From positions 62,001-126,000 of the forward strand of contig NIVC01002097.1 of the NCBI GenBank assembly GCA_002269645.1: 64,000 nt of DNA, written 5' to 3'. Shown piece by piece: positions 59,549-64,000 of this stretch. The notes beneath the pieces are model-generated. The model had not been told where the DNA came from, ran no database searches, and saw only the letters and a list, made by a program, of their open reading frames with translations. Each line of letters begins with the position of its first letter. Position 1 is the first letter of the stretch. The stretch is from Macrostomum lignano (Eukaryota). A program made the translations under genes and the position numbers.

Positions 59549-62500
59549 TGTTGTTGTTGTTGTTGTTTTGGTGGTACGCGCCCAGGCAGAGCTAAGGGCA
59601 GTGTCTGGCCAGCGCTATCAACCCGAGGGGGTCGGCGGAAATGCTGCTGATGTCTGTCGTGGGTCCTCCAAGAAGGCGGAGCCTGGTGCCGGCGAGAGCT
59701 GGGCAGTCAAGCCAGTGTTCCAGGTCATCGCAGGGATGGCCGCAGCGGTGACATGCTGGGTCGACGGCCGGGTCGACAATGCTGCGATACGCGTTGAAAA
59801 GAGTGCAGTGACCTGAGCGTAAGCGCGCAAGAAGCACCGCATCGGCACGGTTGGTGATGGAGTCCTCTTCCAATTGACGGTTGAGAAGCCGGTACGCGTG
59901 CCGGGTGCGCTCGTGGCGTATCGGGGGATCGAGGACGGATCTTCTGATGACGTTTTTGGCGCTGTGGATGCTGATCTGACTAGCGGGAGACACGAGCGTG
60001 GTGGCCTCTTTGGCTGCTTGGTCGGCCAGCTCGTTGCCAGGAATATTCTGGTGGCCCGGAACCCACTGCCAGGTGATTTCGGCAGATGCAGTAGGTAGTG
60101 CAGATCTGATTCTGGGGTTGCCGCTGGCCAGAGCGCGGAGCATAGATTGGCTGTCTGAGCAGATGTTGGTAGCCGCGGTGAGAGCAGCTTGGTTGATCCA
60201 GCCGATGGCGAGAGAGGCGGCGCGAAGCTCCTCTTCGAACGAGGATGTGGAGGGCGCGCCGCGCTGTTGAAGAGTCGCCAGGATGATAGGGTGGGCTGGG
60301 TCACCGGTCGTGACGATGGCTGAGGCGCCGCCATTGGTCGTGCCGCCTGATGCCGAGCCGTCGCAGTAGATGGTGATCAGGCCTGGGAGGTGGCGGATAG
60401 TGTCGATGGCCGTGGCAGTGCGCGCGGGACCGGGTTCCGGCAACGCCATGTCGACACGCACGTCGGTAGAGAAAGGGTCCCAAGGCGGCGGACGAGCAGT
60501 GCAGATCATGGCGCGCGGCGTGACCGAGCTAGCAATGAGTGGCAGCAGGTCGGTGACGTGGTTCCGCCAACTGTTCCTGCGTAGCCTGTGCGCTGTGTTT
60601 CCAGTGGCGGCAATGCGGCACGGGTGAGAATCCGGGAGGCGCTGAGCTCTTTCGAAGGCCGTCAGGCATATAACATTGCTACCAGTGCGGACGGAGCAGA
60701 TGCCAGCTTCCAGCCTAAGGGCCTCAACCGGAGTCGTGCGGTGTTGTCCTGTGACAATACGAAGGGCTGCGTTCTGCGCTCTCTCCAGCTGTTGAAACGC
60801 GGATTCAGAGAGCCAAGGGTGCCAGGCCGGCGCAGCGAAGTTAATGATGCTAAGTTGCATGGCACGGTAAATGCGGAGCAGGAGTTTTTTGGACCATCCC
60901 CATTCCTTGGAGGCCAGGCAGGCGAGGAGACGGCATCGGGAAGTGGTCCGATTGCACACGTGCTCCAGATGACTGCGGAAACTCAGAGTGCGGTCCAGTG
61001 TGAGGCCCAGCAGCCGAGGCGTTGGATTGTGCCGCAGGTTCCGGCCTTCGATAGAGATAGCCGGGGACCAGGCGGCTTCGCTGGTGTCCGTGGAGAAAAA
61101 GGCGGCCTCGCTTTTGTCTGGGTTTAGGACCATTTTGTGCTCATTGCTCCAGCGGGCCACGTTGTCGAGTGCTCTTTGCACAGCGCGTTGAGCCTCGAGC
61201 TTGTTGCGGTGGCGGGCGCGGAGGGCGATGTCGTCGGCATACATGGAGATCTCTGCCGGCGGGTTGACCACGTCATTGACCGTGTCAATGAAAATAAGGA
61301 AGAGAAACGGAGCGATGACCGATCCTTGCGGGAGGCCCTGGCGCATGATAACCGGTGAGCTGCGAGCACCGTGGAGTTGCACGCGGGCAATGCGATGGCG
61401 CAAAAAGGCCGCAGTCCATTTGATAAAGACAAGAGGGACGCGTTTGCGTGCCATAACGGTGATGAGGCGCTCACGCCACACTTTGTCAAAGGCTTTACAA
61501 AAATCAAGCAGAGCAATGATCGTGCGTTCAGATGGTTTGAGGTTCATCCCGTCGCTGATGTCTTGGGTGACTCTCAGGAGCTGATCCTCGCAGGAGTAGT
61601 TGGCCCGAAACCCCGCCTGGTTCGGGGAGATCCAGCCGTGGCGCTCAGCCAGGTGGTGCAATCTAGTGACCAGGATGCGCTCGAGCAGCTTGACAATGCA
61701 GGATGTGAGGCTGATGGGGCGAAAGGCCGCGATGTCCCGAGCTGACTTTCCAGCCTTGAGCAGGGGAATAATAATCGCGGTGCGCCAGGATTGAGCGACG
61801 GCCGCGTGCTGGAAGGACCAGTTGAAGAGACTAAGCAGCTCTGCGCGGGCGAGCGGGCCAAGGGCCTTAATGAACCGAGGCGTGACCTCGTCGGCGCCAG
61901 CAGCGCCGTTAGCACGCTGGTGTTGGATGGCGGAGTCCAGTTCCTGCTCGGTGATGGCGGCGTAACCGTCGTGGGTCGAACCTGGGAGCGGAAGGGGAAG
62001 CCGAAGGATGCTTTGGCTTCTCGGATAGTAGCGCGATCCGAATGGGAAATGTGGTACCTGCTGACAGAGGCGTACTGCTTGGCAAAGGCGTTGGCTTTGT
62101 CTCTAGGGTCTGTTAACACTTTGTTGCCGACCTGGAGGGCCTCATTAGGGCAGTTGGAGTCCGGAGTGCCGTTAAGGCTGCGGATGAACTTCCACGCCTT
62201 GTTCGAGTTGGGCTCTTTCTCAAGATCGGTTATCGTGTCACGCCAAGCAGCCTCTTTCGTTGCCCTGGCAATTTTGTGAACGTTGGCGCAGGCGCTGAGC
62301 CAATCTTCTCTATTCTCGCCAACGGAGCGCCTGAGGCGGTTACGGAGCTTAATCGCCGCTTTGAGTTCAGGGGTGAGCCAGGGACGCGGTCTGTGCGAGG
62401 TACGGACTTTGCCGATGCAAAGGTTTGCCGCTTGCATGACTATATCATTAAAGCGTTTGGCTCTGGCGTCAAAGGTAAGATGCTCTTTGTGAAGGGCTTT

Positions 62501-64000
62501 AAATTTGTCCTCGACGACCGTTTGGAAAGCATTCCAGTCGACCCCTTGTTTGCGCCATATGAGACGGCTTTGGGCCTTAGGCAAGGTCCTAACCTTGAGG
62601 TCAAGGCGGATCACAATCGGCGTGTGATCACTGCCGAGGTCATCGGAGACTTGCCAGGTGCATTTGCTAGCCAGCTTTGAGGAGGCGAAGGACACATCCG
62701 GTGAGCTTTCGCCACCTGTGGCTTTATTGACTCTGGTGGGCGAGCCGTCGTTAAGGATTTCCAGTTGCGTGTCGATGGACCAGTCCAGGAGCGTGGAGCC
62801 TCGTTCGTCCTGGGGCTGTATAGGGTCCCAGGCCGGAGAGTGGCTGTTGAAGTCTCCTAGGATGATGCCCTGAGACGGAGTGCCCAGGTGATTCCAGTCC
62901 GGAAGCTGTCGATCCTCGACGCAGGTGCGGACAGGTGGAGCATAGACGTTGGTGATGGTAATCCAGTTAGCGGTAGATATCTGGATGTCGACCGTCTGGA
63001 TTTCCATGTCCGCTGTGGCCGTGGGTTGCGGGGACGAGCGGAAGGCCAGCTTGTCTCTGATGAGAAGCAGCAGACCTCCACCGCTGCCGTCGCCGCGGTC
63101 TTTGCGCACGGCGATGTACCCGTTGATCTTTGGCAGCTGCGTGCGGTTGGAGAGCTTCGTTTCTTGGACAGCTGCAATGTCGATATCGCTGTCGGAGAGG
63201 CGTTCGGCCAGCTCGGGCAGTTTGGAGGCGATTCCGTCGGCGTTCCACTGGAGAAGACGGAGGCTGTCGGCAAATTTAGTGTCGCGGGCGACCTTGTCCT
63301 GCAGGGGGACGCGCGACGTAGCTGCCGAAGGGGCGGGAGCTCCTTGGGTGCGCGCTGTGCAAACTGGGCAGTCCCAAGGGCTGCGAGCCGCGGCATCCGC
63401 GGCGTTGCGATTAAGGCCGGTGCAGCACTTGTGGTAAGCGGCGCTGCAGGAGTTGCACTTGACAAACGCGACGCCGCGGCGAATGGCGGTCGAGCATTTA
63501 GCACAGTAGCGGCGCTGGGCGTCGCTTGGATCGTTCAGATCTCTGTCGGTAGTGGGATCAGCTTGTCTGCGGGTAAGAGCAGGGCGGCGGAAGATGGAGT
63601 GTGCGCCTGGAAGTTGGACCGCCTGCTGCCGATGCAGAGGGCAGAGCCAGCTGGGGGCGCCACGATACCGCGAGATGTGGCTGCAGTTGCTGGAGCGGTG
63701 GCAGGCCAGAGCGCAACCTTTGGCAGCGCAAGTGAGCGGAGTAGTGCCAGTGCGGATGGGCCCTGAGCAGCTGTGACAGCGCGTTGGCTGAGACATGCGG
63801 GGCTCGGGTGCCGGGAGGTCACGCAGGTGCGCAGCGGATGCCGAGTCCAATTCAAGGGGGCGGTGCACAGAGCAGCGCCACGGAGATCGGACAATCTCGG
63901 CGCGGTGCATACCGCTGCATTTCTTCTGACAGTGACAGCGCTCGGAACATTCTGGGACCTCACATGGCAGGCTGTGCATGCCCGTGCGGATTGGGCCGTT
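59549..64000 (-). mobile_element. I-group (Ingi/Nimb-like) non-LTR retrotransposon with (CAA)n tail, 5' end outside the window; lies in the last DEGS intron
   Basis: Continuous PHD-APE-RT-RNase H-CCHC coding region, stop at 59592, ~20-nt UTR, then (CAA)n at 59549-59570. Confidence 0.93.
59592..64000 (-). CDS. LINE polyprotein: tandem PHD-like fingers, APE endonuclease, RT, RNase H, CCHC; one 1-nt frameshift near 62006
   Basis: APE motifs QWNADG, AVQET, GDFNSH and SDHTPI. RT motifs DFCKAFDKV, GLPQGS and YADD. RNase H motifs CDGS, SDSQS, WVPGH and NELAD. Adding one base at 62006-62007 fuses the 801-aa and 689-aa ORFs (EAKAS-LRLPLPLPGSTHDGYAAITEQEL). The frame is open to the window edge. Confidence 0.9.

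Overview
Eukaryotic, repeat-saturated animal genomic DNA. A PSFVRLamide precursor and GC-rich exons in minisatellite-filled introns suggest a free-living flatworm such as Macrostomum (inference, not proven). Bases 1-9361 are the right arm of an AT-rich, nearly intact endogenous Maverick/Polinton (adintovirus-like) element. It carries a fibre-like gene with an L-type lectin head, several small ORFs (one split by a 266-bp MITE), a 1309-aa protein-primed PolB with vOTU-like, Zn-finger and EndoVII-like modules, and adenovirus pX/pVI-like core-protein precursors. It ends in CTACTACT, and that terminus is itself a ~296-bp quasi-palindrome. The rest is host DNA: a 10-exon Rab11-FIP3/4 (nuf)-like gene, a 4-exon GnRH/AKH-receptor-family GPCR, an FVRLamide neuropeptide precursor and the last exon of a DEGS sphingolipid desaturase. 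These are interleaved with more than 20 micro/minisatellite arrays, a tRNA-derived SINE, Gypsy and Copia remnants, nested LINE fragments and a large PHD-APE-RT-RNaseH LINE running off the right edge. Most long ORFs in the supplied track are artefacts of tandem repeats. Six single-base indels in short base runs break otherwise intact genes and look like long-read assembly errors.
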